Positions 18,113 to 27,468 of a stretch of 35,852 nucleotides of DNA are shown here, piece by piece. Origin of the DNA: a virus (Duplodnaviria; Caudoviricetes); IMG/VR virus record IMGVR_UViG_3300037755_000487, positions 1 to 35,852 of that record. The stretch is one strand, 5' to 3'. Positions within the stretch are counted from its first letter, which is position 1. Each line of letters begins with the position of its first letter. A program made the translations under genes and the position numbers. The notes under the pieces were generated by a model. It saw only the letters and a list, made by a program, of their open reading frames with translations. It was not told where the DNA came from and ran no database searches.

Positions 18113-19294
18113 CTAGTTGGCAGCGGCCACCTTGTAGGCGTCTCGCTGTCTGGACAAGTATTTCGCGCGCGGGGACTCTGCGTCCTCGTCGTTCGCTTGT
18201 GTATTCGAGGCGGCCGCGAGGGCCGCGGCAGCTCGCTTCGCGGCAGACGGATTCCCGTCCTTCGCGAGTTCGACGCGCGCATCGAAGGCGGCATCGAGGT
18301 AGGTGTCGCTGCGGCCTTCGGTGTCGAACCCGATGGCCTTGAGGGCCGCGAGCTTGATCGCCTTGGAGTCGAGCGCCGAGCAGTCGAGCTTCGGTGCGAG
18401 GGTGAGAGCAGCATCGACCAGGGCGGTGCGGGCTCGGGCGGCCGCGTCCATCGCCTCGGGACTGGTCTTCTCCTCGAGCTCGTCGATTTTCTTCTTGTTC
18501 TCTTCGTTCTCGGCGTCGGCCTTCGCGAGCTTCTCTTCGAGCTCGTCGATTTTCTTCTGCTGCTCTTCCTCGGCCATGTCTCGGGTCTTGAGGTCGGCCG
18601 CGTGCTTGTCGACCAGCTGCTTGATGGCGATTGCTGCAACGTCGGTGACTTCAATACTATGCCCACCGCAGTCGATGGTCTTGAGGGTGGTCGTCATGTG
18701 ATCATTCTCCTGATCTTTGCAATGACACTGCGAGGTGTTCAATTCGAACCGATCATGCATCCGGCAGGATGGCCCGCAACGTCCACGCTCCACGAGTGCA
18801 ACATGGTTCGCCCGGATCTCGGTCTGGGCTCCGTCAAATAGTTCGCCTTCCGGCGTCTCTCCTGGGGTCGGATCCAGCTTCATGTCGTACCCGACAGACA
18901 GCTCGCGCTTGCCGTTCTTGACCGCTTCGACGCCCGCTTTGTGGAGGATGCGAACCATCCCGCAGACGTGGTTTCCGTCTCGATAGACGTGATCGCCGAC
19001 GATTCCGACCACGAGCTTGTGGGCGTTTTCGGAATCGACGAAGTCGCTCGGGTGATCGATCGTGATCGGCTTGCCGGCGATCGAGGCGAGTGATTCCTCC
19101 GAGAAGACTTCCTCGGGTGCCCGGTAGATGCGGATCTCGTCGGTCGGGCCCTTGTCGGGAAGCATCTCCCGAAGGCCGCCTTCGCTGCCCATGTAGAGCT
19201 GGATGCCAGCCCGGGCGAGACGGGCTTTCGAGACGAGCCAGCCCTCGGGCGTGGTCTGGATCTCGCCGAAGTCGATCGAATCGTAGAACAGCAT
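18113..19294 (-). CDS. Prohead protease-scaffold (DUF2213-like)
   Basis: TPEGWLV...ARAGIQLY, GKPITIDHP, KRELSVGY and NHVALVERGRCG motifs; C-terminal coiled coil with KKIDELEEK twice. Confidence 0.9.
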   Translation of the reverse strand: MLFYDSIDFGEIQTTPEGWLVSKARLARAGIQLYMGSEGGLREMLPDKGPTDEIRIYRAPEEVFSEESLASIAGKPITIDHPSDFVDSENAHKLVVGIVGDHVYRDGNHVCGMVRILHKAGVEAVKNGKRELSVGYDMKLDPTPGETPEGELFDGAQTEIRANHVALVERGRCGPSCRMHDRFELNTSQCHCKDQENDHMTTTLKTIDCGGHSIEVTDVAAIAIKQLVDKHAADLKTRDMAEEEQQKKIDELEEKLAKADAENEENKKKIDELEEKTSPEAMDAAARARTALVDAALTLAPKLDCSALDSKAIKLAALKAIGFDTEGRSDTYLDAAFDARVELAKDGNPSAAKRAAAALAAASNTQANDEDAESPRAKYLSRQRDAYKVAAAN

Positions 19295-19333
19295 GCCGGC
19301 CAGAGTGGCGCCGGCAGGATGAGGGTCAATCGG

Positions 19334-20185
19334 TCAGAGGGTGATCACCGGCTCGGCCCAGCATCGGCACTGATAGTCCTCGCCAGGATTTCCAGTTTTT
19401 GCCGGCGGATCATCGAAGCGGAATTTCTTTCCAGCATTCTCCCTGTGCGTTTTCCTAACGCTGGCGTCCTTCGACGTGCGCCAGATGTACTGCTCAATCC
19501 CGAGCGCCTGATTCCGCTCACGGTTGAGGGCCGCGGTGAGCTTCGCAGTCTGGTCGCGTGCGATGAACCGGGCCCGCGCGTCGGTGATGTCCCCGAGCAT
19601 TTTCAGCTCTTTCATCATCGATTGCGAAGACTTCCGGCCCTGGATCACGTTCTCGTAGACGATCCGCTGGACCTTTCCCAAATACTCATCGGGGATCGAT
19701 TGGATGAGGTCGACGTTCTCCTTGGTCTTGAGGGTGAGCACCTGAACGAGGCCCGATTCCTCGGCGACTGCGCTGAGATCGATGCCCACCGCGTTCTCTA
19801 CGGATCGATAGAATCGTTCGCGGTTTCGGCGGTTTGCGCGTCCCGTCAGCTCGAGCGCTAGGCCTTCGGACCGTTGCCGCGCCAGCGCGAGATGACTAAC
19901 ACGGATCTCGTCGAAGGCCGCTGTCAGCTCGTCTGATAGGTCGTCCGTCGTGCGCATCGCGTCGATGAGAAACTCGGGCTCCCACCGTCTGAGGATCGGG
20001 AAAATCAGCCGCTCAACCTGGGCCTGCGTCTCTCGTGCGAACTCTTGGAACATGCGACCGAGCCGGAGCTGGTCGCTGGCCGCCGGGCGCGCCGGGCGGA
20101 ACCGAACGGTGCGCGCCCGCCGGCGACGACGAGATCGCGGGTTTTCGAGGAGTCGTTGCTGCTCGACGACGTGCGCGATCTGCAT
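19334..20185 (-). CDS. Head morphogenesis protein (SPP1 gp7 / Mu F-like)
   Basis: RARFIARDQTAKL...YIWRTSKDASVRKTH...PGEDYQCRCWAEPV. Confidence 0.9.
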   Translation of the reverse strand: MQIAHVVEQQRLLENPRSRRRRRARTVRFRPARPAASDQLRLGRMFQEFARETQAQVERLIFPILRRWEPEFLIDAMRTTDDLSDELTAAFDEIRVSHLALARQRSEGLALELTGRANRRNRERFYRSVENAVGIDLSAVAEESGLVQVLTLKTKENVDLIQSIPDEYLGKVQRIVYENVIQGRKSSQSMMKELKMLGDITDARARFIARDQTAKLTAALNRERNQALGIEQYIWRTSKDASVRKTHRENAGKKFRFDDPPAKTGNPGEDYQCRCWAEPVITL

Positions 20186-20188
20186 GGG

Positions 20189-21622
20189 CTACTCGGCGGC
20201 GGGATCGCTCGTCCCGGGCTGGGCGTTCGGATCCGTGGGCGGGGTGAGCGGAGTGGGCAGGACGGGGAACGCGGGCAGGACGGGCGGCGGGCGATTCTCT
20301 TCCAGCTCGATCTCGCCCTCGAGGTCCGAAATAAACTTGTCATCGATTGCGACATAGGTCCCGGCGGCCTTCAGTTGCTTCGCGATCGTCACCTCGTCGA
20401 CCACGCCCAGATCGAAATAGATCTTGTCGGTGTTGGCCCGCTTCAATTCGATCTCGGCCTCTTCCGACTCGCTCATCTGCCACAGCGAGTTGAAGCGCCA
20501 TTTGACGTCGTTCGGTTTCTTCCCTATCGCCGAGCGCAGCAGGACCTCGTCGAGCCGGTTGAGTCGCGGCTTCAGATAGTTCTGCTGCCGTGCCGCGACC
20601 GCGTCGTAGAAGTTCCGGAGGTCGCCCTCCCCCGTCGCGCTCATCCCCTTCGCCGACGTGCCGAGGAGCTTGGTCACCGGGATACCGGAGGCCGCCGAGA
20701 TAATCACAAGGAACTGCTCGATTAGCGGAGCCAGGCCCTGCACAAGTGCGTTTTGTTTCTGGTCGTAGTCCTCGGCTGCATCGATGATGACCGAATTCCA
20801 GATGCTCTTGATCGAATCGGCGAGCTGGATCCGCCGCTTGACGGTGGTCTCGCCTTCGGGCGTCGAGAGCAGGTGCATTAAATCTGGAATTCCGTAGACG
20901 TCGATCTTCGCCTCAGTGACGAGCTCGGCCACCCCACCGATCACCGTCTCGGCGTCGGCAATCGCGTCGAAGGACCGTTCGACACGGGAGCCACCCCACC
21001 AGCGATTTCGCTGCATTTCGCGCCACGGCAGCGCAATTCCAGGGAACCGGACGATCCGACTGTGGTGGACGTACTCGATCCGCGCCGCCGCGATCGTGTA
21101 GAACTCGGGCTGCATGAATTGTTCGGAGGATGGATCCATGACGAGCGCGGTATTGATGCCGTCGTGAGGGATCAGGGTCTGCGCGTCGAGCGTATGCAAA
21201 AACATCAAGCTGTTAGGCTTCACGCGGCCGGGGTCGAGTTCTTCGTTGAGCTCCCCGGTGCCGTCGAGGCCCATGAGAAGCGCGCCGCCGCCGAAGAGAT
21301 CGGCCCACTGAATCGCCTCACGGACCTTCTCGGCCACGCACAGACGATCCTCAATGTTCTCGACGGCTTCCTGCTCTTTGGGGTCCTCGAGCTCGAATGT
21401 GCGCCACTCGCGCGTCATCTCGAGGGCGGGGATCTCTACGATTTGGGCTGCCATCCAGCTCGAGCGGTACGCGGCAAGCAGGTCTGGATAGGTTCGGCCG
21501 TAGTGAAAGAAGTGCCGGGCGCTAGGGGCTCTAGAATCGTTCCTCCCGCCCTGCCCCGTCGTCAGGTTGGCGAGGGTGTCGATCGTCTGGAGCTGGTCGT
21601 CGCGCGGGGTCGCTGCTGCCAT
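20189..21622 (-). CDS. Portal protein (DUF1073-like)
   Basis: Follows terL; YRSSWMAAQIVEIPA, VHHSRIVRF and SGIPVTKLLGTSAKGMSATGEGDLRNFYD motifs. Confidence 0.9.
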   Translation of the reverse strand: MAAATPRDDQLQTIDTLANLTTGQGGRNDSRAPSARHFFHYGRTYPDLLAAYRSSWMAAQIVEIPALEMTREWRTFELEDPKEQEAVENIEDRLCVAEKVREAIQWADLFGGGALLMGLDGTGELNEELDPGRVKPNSLMFLHTLDAQTLIPHDGINTALVMDPSSEQFMQPEFYTIAAARIEYVHHSRIVRFPGIALPWREMQRNRWWGGSRVERSFDAIADAETVIGGVAELVTEAKIDVYGIPDLMHLLSTPEGETTVKRRIQLADSIKSIWNSVIIDAAEDYDQKQNALVQGLAPLIEQFLVIISAASGIPVTKLLGTSAKGMSATGEGDLRNFYDAVAARQQNYLKPRLNRLDEVLLRSAIGKKPNDVKWRFNSLWQMSESEEAEIELKRANTDKIYFDLGVVDEVTIAKQLKAAGTYVAIDDKFISDLEGEIELEENRPPPVLPAFPVLPTPLTPPTDPNAQPGTSDPAAE

Positions 21623-21673
21623 AGGGCGGAATCTACCGCCGGCAGGATGGAGCGCGAACTTCCGCGCGCTCGG

Positions 21674-23224
21674 TCATCCGAGCGCCTGCCCGTAGAAGTC
21701 GGCATTCCCGAGAATCAGGTCGTGGATCGCGTCCATCGTCGGGTCGACCTGGTCGTCGTGCGCGTGTGACATCGCGGCCGTGAACTTCACGAACTCGTCG
21801 AGATAGTCGGAGAGCCATCCGTTCGGATGTTCCTGGGGGCTCGGCAGGAACACGTTTCCCGCTTCGATGGATGGCGCCGAGGACTTTGCGCGGACGACCT
21901 TGTCGACGTCCCGCTGGATACCGCGCACAGGGATCGCCCCTTCCCCAGTCCGCAGGCTTTGGACTAGCCCGGTGCCGCTCGCCTTGTCCTCGATCATCAT
22001 CTGCGACGGTGACGGCTGCGCGGGGCCGAGTGGCTTCGCCTTCCACTTCGACCAGAACGCGCGCGCCTGCCGATCGAGCTCGGGGCTCTCCCATTTCCCA
22101 TGGATCTGGTCGAGCAGGTAGATCTGGCCCTCTCGGCTCAGTCCCCAAACTTGAAAACATGACCAGTCGTTGCGCTCCCTGGTCTTCATGGCGGTGTCGG
22201 CGTAGATCTTGATCAGGACCAGCGGCGGCAGAGCCCTCCAATATCGCCACCAACCGACGAGGAAGATGTCACCCTCGGCGGGGTTCGGGCTCTGCTGATA
22301 GAGCGCACTCCAGAAATAGGAGCCGACCGTTTTCTTGATCCGGCGGAGCGCCTTGAGATCGTATCGGTGTGGCGCGAGCGCCTCACCCTTCTTCCGGTGC
22401 TTCTCGTTGTGTGTAGCGATCGCCGGAAATTGAATCACTTCCCATCGGTCGGCGTCCGGGTCGTTCTCGGCGATCGCCTTCTTCGTCGCATCTTGCAGCC
22501 GGCCCGCCAGATCGTCCTCGTGCCAACAGGTTTGCGTGAGCAGGATCCCGCCGCCCGGAGCGAGGCGGGTGTAGGCCGTCGAAACGTATCGATTCCAGAC
22601 CTTCTCGCGCGCCGCGGCTGAGCCAGAATCCTGGTCGTCCTTGAATGGATCGTCGATCACCAGGATGTGCGCGCCATTACCGGTGACGCCGCCGCCGACG
22701 CCCGACGCCCGCAGTCTCCCACCGTGCCCGAGGACGTGCGTCTCCTGTCTATTTCGCTTGCCGCCATACGTCCCCGCGCCGGGCGGCGGGATCCGGACGT
22801 CGGGGAAGATCGTCTTGAACTCGGTCCCGTCCATGATCTTCTGTACGGCCTCGTTCATATTCTCAGCGAGACTAGCCGCGTAGGACCAGAGGATAATCTC
22901 GAGCCAGGGGTGTCGGCCCAGAGCGTAGGCCGGCAGGCGTCTCGACGAGGCCTCGCTTTTCCCATGCCGCGGCGGCGCCAAGACCATTAGCCGTGGCGAT
23001 TGATGCCTAACAACCTGCGCGAGGAATCGGTCGAGCGCCGCGTGGAGATCAGCGCCGAACCATCCCGGATAGTAGTCGGGCTTCGTGTGCATCGTGAAGG
23101 CGAGAAAGTTTTTCGAGGCGGTCTCCCGAACCTCGTCGCGCACCAGCTTCTCCTGGTATCTCGATCTCATCTGTTCCCGGAGACGAAAGAAGTCTGCGGC
23201 GTCTCCGAGGCTATTGGCTGCCAT
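21674..23224 (-). CDS. terL: Terminase large subunit
   Basis: Walker A APPRHGKSE, Walker B LVIDDPFKD, nuclease motifs IEDKASG and HDDQVD. Confidence 0.95.
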   Translation of the reverse strand: MAANSLGDAADFFRLREQMRSRYQEKLVRDEVRETASKNFLAFTMHTKPDYYPGWFGADLHAALDRFLAQVVRHQSPRLMVLAPPRHGKSEASSRRLPAYALGRHPWLEIILWSYAASLAENMNEAVQKIMDGTEFKTIFPDVRIPPPGAGTYGGKRNRQETHVLGHGGRLRASGVGGGVTGNGAHILVIDDPFKDDQDSGSAAAREKVWNRYVSTAYTRLAPGGGILLTQTCWHEDDLAGRLQDATKKAIAENDPDADRWEVIQFPAIATHNEKHRKKGEALAPHRYDLKALRRIKKTVGSYFWSALYQQSPNPAEGDIFLVGWWRYWRALPPLVLIKIYADTAMKTRERNDWSCFQVWGLSREGQIYLLDQIHGKWESPELDRQARAFWSKWKAKPLGPAQPSPSQMMIEDKASGTGLVQSLRTGEGAIPVRGIQRDVDKVVRAKSSAPSIEAGNVFLPSPQEHPNGWLSDYLDEFVKFTAAMSHAHDDQVDPTMDAIHDLILGNADFYGQALG

Positions 23225-23678
23225 GGCTGGCGCTCGGAACGTCGACCTTTTCGAGTTCCTCGACGATCCGCCGTTGCAGGTCGCTCGGGAGCAGGTCGAA
23301 TATCTCCTCCCACTGTGGGCCCTCGACCTGGTGCCGATCGATCCACAGCGCGAATCGTTTCCCGAGGAGCTCGAGCGCTCTGATCGCGTCTCGGTCTTTC
23401 ACCACGTGCCCGTCGTCATCCGGGAATGCAAAATCCGCGAGCCGATTGATGATACGTTCCGCCGTCACCGCTCGCTTCTTCGCGGCCTTCTGGGTGAGCT
23501 CGGCGATCCGCATGGCAACTGCAGGGCGCTTCAAGAGCTTTCCGGATTCCACTTCAATCGATCGCTTGCTCATCCGAGCGCAGCAGTACGCTTGCCTGTA
23601 GGCCTCGCACGCGTTTCCGACCTCGACGTACCCCGCCGCGAATTTCGCCTGCTTCGGCGTCAGTTTACGCATTGCCAC
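23211..23678 (-). CDS. terS: Terminase small subunit
   Basis: LTPKQAKFAAGYV..GNACEAYRQAY HTH and RALELLGK motif; directly upstream of terL. Confidence 0.9.
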   Translation of the reverse strand: MAMRKLTPKQAKFAAGYVEVGNACEAYRQAYCCARMSKRSIEVESGKLLKRPAVAMRIAELTQKAAKKRAVTAERIINRLADFAFPDDDGHVVKDRDAIRALELLGKRFALWIDRHQVEGPQWEEIFDLLPSDLQRRIVEELEKVDVPSASHGSQ

Positions 23679-24261
23679 GGCTCCACCTCCGCGGTGTGAC
23701 GTCCGTCCTCTGCTCCGAGGGTAACGGCGGTCGGTATTCGACGGTCACCGACTTGCGGCGCAGTCTCCGATGGTCCGCGCCTCGGCACCCGGCTCCGTTA
23801 CGGAGCGACCTGCAGATTGGGTCCATACCGATCAGTAGTGCGCAGGTCGATTGAGTGATCCAGACGTCGTGATCAGGACACCGTTTCAGGATCACCGTTG
23901 CCGTCGTTGCCGTCGTTGCATGAGACGGCGTGGACCTGGTCTGGGCCCGCCTAATGCGGCGCTGCGTGACGGGTACTCCTGGCGAGCGTCCATCCGATGC
24001 GAATGTCACGGAGACCCCGTCCTTTTCGAGTCTGGCGAGCGTCCTGAGGACGCGAGCGACAGCCGGCGAGTGGGGATGGAAACAGCGATGGTCCACACGC
24101 CTTCGCTCGATCCGCTCGACCGTTCGTGGGCGGACGCCAGCGGCGACGTCGAGATCCTTTTGGCGTAGCCCAAGCTTGTGCCGACGCCGCCGTACCTCGG
24201 AGGAGTGGCTGAGCACCTGCGCGATCTCGGCGCGTGATAAAACTCGAGTGATCATCGCCAT
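23665..24261 (-). CDS. XRE-like HTH protein with Cys-rich C-terminus
   Basis: VRRRRHKLGLRQKDLDVAAGVRPRTVERIER HTH signature; located before terS. Confidence 0.65.
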   Translation of the reverse strand: MAMITRVLSRAEIAQVLSHSSEVRRRRHKLGLRQKDLDVAAGVRPRTVERIERRRVDHRCFHPHSPAVARVLRTLARLEKDGVSVTFASDGRSPGVPVTQRRIRRAQTRSTPSHATTATTATVILKRCPDHDVWITQSTCALLIGMDPICRSLRNGAGCRGADHRRLRRKSVTVEYRPPLPSEQRTDVTPRRWSRGNA

Positions 24262-24432
24262 CTAGGAGCGATCCACCACGATTCGCGGTTCGATTTCGAC
24301 GCGCGCGGCGCTTCCTTCGATCTGCTCTCGCAGGAGCTTGATCGTAGATGCTTGCCTCGCGCATCGTTTCGCGATTGCCTGGATCTCTGCCTCGAGCCGC
24401 GCGCACCGCTCGCAGTCAGTCGTGATGGACAT
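24262..24432 (-). CDS. Small hypothetical protein (CxxC, coiled coil)
   Basis: ATG 24432 with GGGAG RBS; MSITTDCERCARLEAEIQ... Confidence 0.55.
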   Translation of the reverse strand: MSITTDCERCARLEAEIQAIAKRCARQASTIKLLREQIEGSAARVEIEPRIVVDRS

Positions 24433-24573
24433 GTTTCTCCCCCCCCGTAAAAGATCCGCTCTGGAGACGATTTGGCCTGGGTGTCCCTCTCGGGCGGGGG
24501 CGGCCGGCATCGTCTCCCGTTGGCAGGGCCGAGCGGATAGCCCTGTCGCACTGCCCCCTCACCGGTCTCAGTT

Positions 24574-24936
24574 TCAGTTGAAGATCTCGCCGCTCGCGGC
24601 GAGCTGATCGTCCTCCTCGACGGCGAGCCAGCCCATCTCGAGCTGGCGATCATCCGTGAGGTGCACCTCGAATTCGGTGCTCTCTCGCGGTGCTCGGACT
24701 CGCGGCGCGACGACTACCGAGACGTTCCGCCCCTTCGCCGTCTTGAACGCCACCGTGACGCTGAAGCTCGACTGACGACCGTTCTCGAGTCCGGCGACGA
24801 GCTCCGAGATCGCGCCGATCAGCATCGCCTCGAAGGCGTCGACCGCGCGCTCCACGATCTGTTTTTCGCCTTTGTGGAGCCCGCCCCGCTTGCTCTTCAG
24901 CGTGGGAGCGGTAGTGCTAGTGGGTCCTGTGGACAT
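24574..24936 (-). CDS. Hypothetical protein
   Basis: 120 aa; AAGGAG RBS upstream; acidic C-terminus. Confidence 0.65.
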   Translation of the reverse strand: MSTGPTSTTAPTLKSKRGGLHKGEKQIVERAVDAFEAMLIGAISELVAGLENGRQSSFSVTVAFKTAKGRNVSVVVAPRVRAPRESTEFEVHLTDDRQLEMGWLAVEEDDQLAASGEIFN

Positions 24937-25496
24937 GTTTCGATCTCCTTGTTTTCAAACCCGATGAGCAAGCGGGCGTGTGCGCGCTCGTCTCGAGTCG
25001 CCTCGAATCGTGTGCGGTGCGATGCGGCGCGTTCGAGTCGCCAGACCAGCATCTCGACGCGGGGGGCCTCGCCCTGCTCCGCGGTCACCTTCTCGATCTG
25101 GAGGGTGGTGACGTCTCGATCGTCCTGCCAGAGGATCCCGTTCGCCGCGTCGAGCGGGCCTTTGGCGAGATTGTCGACGTCGCCTCGGAGCGCGCTGCGG
25201 CACCAATCGCGAGGGACGTGTCGGGTCTTCCGCTCGTCCGCCTTCGCGAGCGGCAGCACGAACAGCAACCGCACCGCGATCGGGTCGCTCTGGATCGGGA
25301 ATCCATGGTGCCGACCTCGAGCTCCTCGGATGACCGCGCTCGCGAAGCGCTTCCACGTCGCGTAGTTCCCGCCCTTCGGTGTGTACATCTGCGCGAAAGT
25401 CGTCGAAGCGGCGCGCACCACTCGCGCTCGAGGTCTCGGCGCCGGCGGGCAGACTCCCGGTATCACGACGTGGAGCACCGGACTGCTGGCCGTCAT
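24897..25496 (-). CDS. rusA: RusA-family Holliday junction resolvase
   Basis: Start re-called to ATG 25496 (ATGA overlap); PPAPRPR...GDVDNLAKGPLDAANGILWQDDRDV catalytic motif. Confidence 0.9.
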   Translation of the reverse strand: MTASSPVLHVVIPGVCPPAPRPRARVVRAASTTFAQMYTPKGGNYATWKRFASAVIRGARGRHHGFPIQSDPIAVRLLFVLPLAKADERKTRHVPRDWCRSALRGDVDNLAKGPLDAANGILWQDDRDVTTLQIEKVTAEQGEAPRVEMLVWRLERAASHRTRFEATRDERAHARLLIGFENKEIETCPQDPLALPLPR

Positions 25497-26155
25497 CGAG
25501 ACCGCCGCAGACTCGGGCGATCGAGCGGGACGAACCCCGGCCCCGGGTCGCCCATGAGCCGGTCGTAGGCTCTCGGTAGCTGCGTCGCGAGGCTTTTCTC
25601 GCCCTCGGTCGGGTGGACGTTGGTCGTGACGATCGTCGACTTCATCGCCTCCCAGCGTCGATCGATAATCTGGTCCAGAACGGCGAGGGGCCACGCGTGC
25701 TCGTAGGCCGTCCCCCAATCGTCGAGCACGAGAGCATCGACAGACTCAGCGAGATCAGGGAGGCGACGTTGCTTCGCGAACACCGACTCGTAGAGGTCGG
25801 CGCACTTGATCACCGCGGCCGTCGGGACGCCGCGCCCTGCCCGGCTGCGACTCAGGTACAGCTCCCGCAAGCACCAGTAGGCCGTCACGCTCTTGCCGGA
25901 CCCTGGACGCCCGGCGAGGATCATCGACGCGCCTCGGTCGGCCAGGCGTAGCCACGCGTGCGCTTGCCGCGGTATCAGATCCGCCTGCACCTCGAGGAGC
26001 CGGAATCGTTCCGGCACGCCGTAGCCACGCATGGCGATCTCAATCGCGAGCGGAGAGAGGCGCTTTTCGAGCCACTCTCGGAATTGTTGGTTGTCGTCCT
26101 GAGTTTCGTTCCACGCGGAACGGTGGGTCGCGGGGAACTCGGCGACGTTAGTCAT
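25493..26155 (-). CDS. DnaC/IstB-like AAA+ helicase loader
   Basis: Start re-called to ATG 26155 (ATGA overlap); Walker A GRPGSGKS, Walker B LVLDDWG, IIDRRW...STIVTTN. Confidence 0.88.
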   Translation of the reverse strand: MTNVAEFPATHRSAWNETQDDNQQFREWLEKRLSPLAIEIAMRGYGVPERFRLLEVQADLIPRQAHAWLRLADRGASMILAGRPGSGKSVTAYWCLRELYLSRSRAGRGVPTAAVIKCADLYESVFAKQRRLPDLAESVDALVLDDWGTAYEHAWPLAVLDQIIDRRWEAMKSTIVTTNVHPTEGEKSLATQLPRAYDRLMGDPGPGFVPLDRPSLRRSR

Positions 26156-27087
26156 GTGCGGACTCCTCGGTTTTTCACCTCCTCGGAGGCGGACTCCCAA
26201 TCGAAGACGCCGCGAGCGGAGGCGGTCGGCGCGACCTTGATCGGCTTGCGGTTGTTCCACCACCGCAGCATGACGACCTTGGCTTTGGCGGAGAAGGCCT
26301 TGTCCTCGAGCTCCTGGTCCTCGGCTTCGACGGTCGCTGCGATCACGGGCCAGTTCTCGTCGAGCCATTCCGTCGGCGTTGAGGCGCGCGTCCCGTCGAG
26401 TCGAGGCGGCGGCGAACCGTTCAAGAGATTGAGGAGCGGCGAAGACGGGCCTGGAGGAGCGAGGCGATCGCGAGGAATCAGCGGGATCAGGGTCCCTTGT
26501 GCGGTCAGTGTTCGGCTGTTCGGCTGTTCGGCGTGTTCGGCACCGTGTTCGGCACCGTGTTCGGCACCGTGTTCGGCACCATGTTCGGCACCGTGTTCGG
26601 CACCGTGTTCGGCTTGTTCGGCTTGTTCGGTGTTCGGGTGTTCGGCACCTTCGCTCCCTCCTGAGCGAAGCGAAGGAGGGTTCTTCTCTTTTAATAACAA
26701 TGAGATAGAAGAAGCTAAGAAGCGCGCGAGGGCGAGAATCTCGGATATCTGTTCGGCTTGTTCGGCACCGTGTTCGGCGTGTTCGGCACCGTGTTCGGCT
26801 CGTGTTCGGCTCGTGTTCGGCTCGTGTTCGGCTCGTGTTCGGCACCGTGTTCGGCTCGTGTTCGGCACCGTGTTCGGCTCGTGTTCGGCACCGTGTTCGG
26901 CTCGTGTTCGGCACCGTGTTCGGCTCGTGTTCGGCTCGTGTTCGGCGGACCGGCACCATGAATTCACGGTGCTGATCGATCGTCCCCAGCGCCCTCGATA
27001 GTCGCGCTGCGTCCGCACAATGCCCGCCGCGCGGTCAGCCGCGAGCATCTCGAGCGCTTGATCTTTCGTCAGCCGTTCCACTCTCAC
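26152..27087 (-). CDS. Putative replication initiator (lambda O-like position) with internal repeats
   Basis: N-terminal HTH-like TQRDYRGRWGRSISTVNSW; AEHG/EPNT repeats; lies between Cro-like and DnaC-like genes. Confidence 0.65.
   Translation of the reverse strand: MRVERLTKDQALEMLAADRAAGIVRTQRDYRGRWGRSISTVNSWCRSAEHEPNTSRTRCRTRAEHGAEHEPNTVPNTSRTRCRTRAEHEPNTSRTRAEHGAEHAEHGAEQAEQISEILALARFLASSISLLLKEKNPPSLRSGGSEGAEHPNTEQAEQAEHGAEHGAEHGAEHGAEHGAEHGAEHAEQPNSRTLTAQGTLIPLIPRDRLAPPGPSSPLLNLLNGSPPPRLDGTRASTPTEWLDENWPVIAATVEAEDQELEDKAFSAKAKVVMLRWWNNRKPIKVAPTASARGVFDWESASEEVKNRGVRT
26509..26946. repeat. Two arrays of TGTTCGG(C) repeats flanking an AT-rich spacer; candidate replication origin
   Basis: About 14 copies in 26509-26646 and about 18 in 26750-26946, mostly 11- and 12-bp units; AT-rich 26681-26722 between them. 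Confidence 0.8.
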
Positions 27088-27090
27088 CCC

Positions 27091-27333
27091 TCACGCCGCT
27101 GCGTCCTCGGTGGATTTCCGGTTGCGCTCTTGCCAGCGCATGACGTCCGCGGCCTCAATCTCCCCTCCCGAAACCCGCTCCCATTCCTCGGCTCGCTGCC
27201 ACGAGACGCCGGTGTGCCCCGAGACGATCTGGCGGAACGTGCCGTAGCCGATCCTGAACGCTGCGGCAGTCTGGCGACGCGCCAGGTCGTGCGAATCGCC
27301 GTAGATGACGAGCGGGTGTAGATCGTTTTTCAC
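27091..27333 (-). CDS. Cro-like HTH regulator
   Basis: GTG 27333 with GGAGG RBS; 80 aa; RRQTAAAFRIGYGTFRQIVSG...AEEWERVSGGEI; first gene of the leftward operon. Confidence 0.75.
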   Translation of the reverse strand: MKNDLHPLVIYGDSHDLARRQTAAAFRIGYGTFRQIVSGHTGVSWQRAEEWERVSGGEIEAADVMRWQERNRKSTEDAAA

Positions 27334-27346
27334 GTTGCCTCCGAGG

Positions 27347-27386
27347 GTTCGGGGATAGTGAACACGCAATCCGCGATCCCGTCAAG
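27347..27386 (-). promoter_or_regulatory. Leftward phage promoter/operator
   Basis: Minus strand CTTGACGG-N13-GTGTTCACTATCCCCGAAC, then GGAGG and GTG; same layout as the element at 33026-33065. Confidence 0.75.
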
Positions 27387-27427
27387 CCCACGAACGGTGT
27401 GGCTGAACGTTGCATGACCCGATGATG

Positions 27428-27435
27428 GGGCTGCT
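27428..27435 (+). repeat. Target site duplication, left copy (GGGCTGCT)
   Basis: Identical to 32698-32705 and flush with the TIR. Confidence 0.9.
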
Positions 27436-27458
27436 GGTAGTGTCCTTCCCCTGAGGGC
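27436..27458 (+). repeat. Left terminal inverted repeat GGTAGTGTCCTTCCCCTGAGGGC
   Basis: Exact reverse complement of 32675-32697. Confidence 0.95.
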
Positions 27459-27468
27459 ATCATAAAGC

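Noticed and set aside
17549-18841. Long plus-strand ORFs opposite the structural genes (e.g. 430 aa here, 263 aa at 671-1462, 347 aa at 25958-27001)
   Set aside because: Antisense shadows of high-GC genes, with no motifs or RBS
20189-21622. Anti-CBASS (Acb1) call for the DUF1073-like protein
   Set aside because: Size and position between terL and the head morphogenesis gene identify it as the portal
25493-26155. IstB of an IS21 element
   Set aside because: No IstA transposase or IS21 ends; the context between initiator and RusA fits a phage helicase loader
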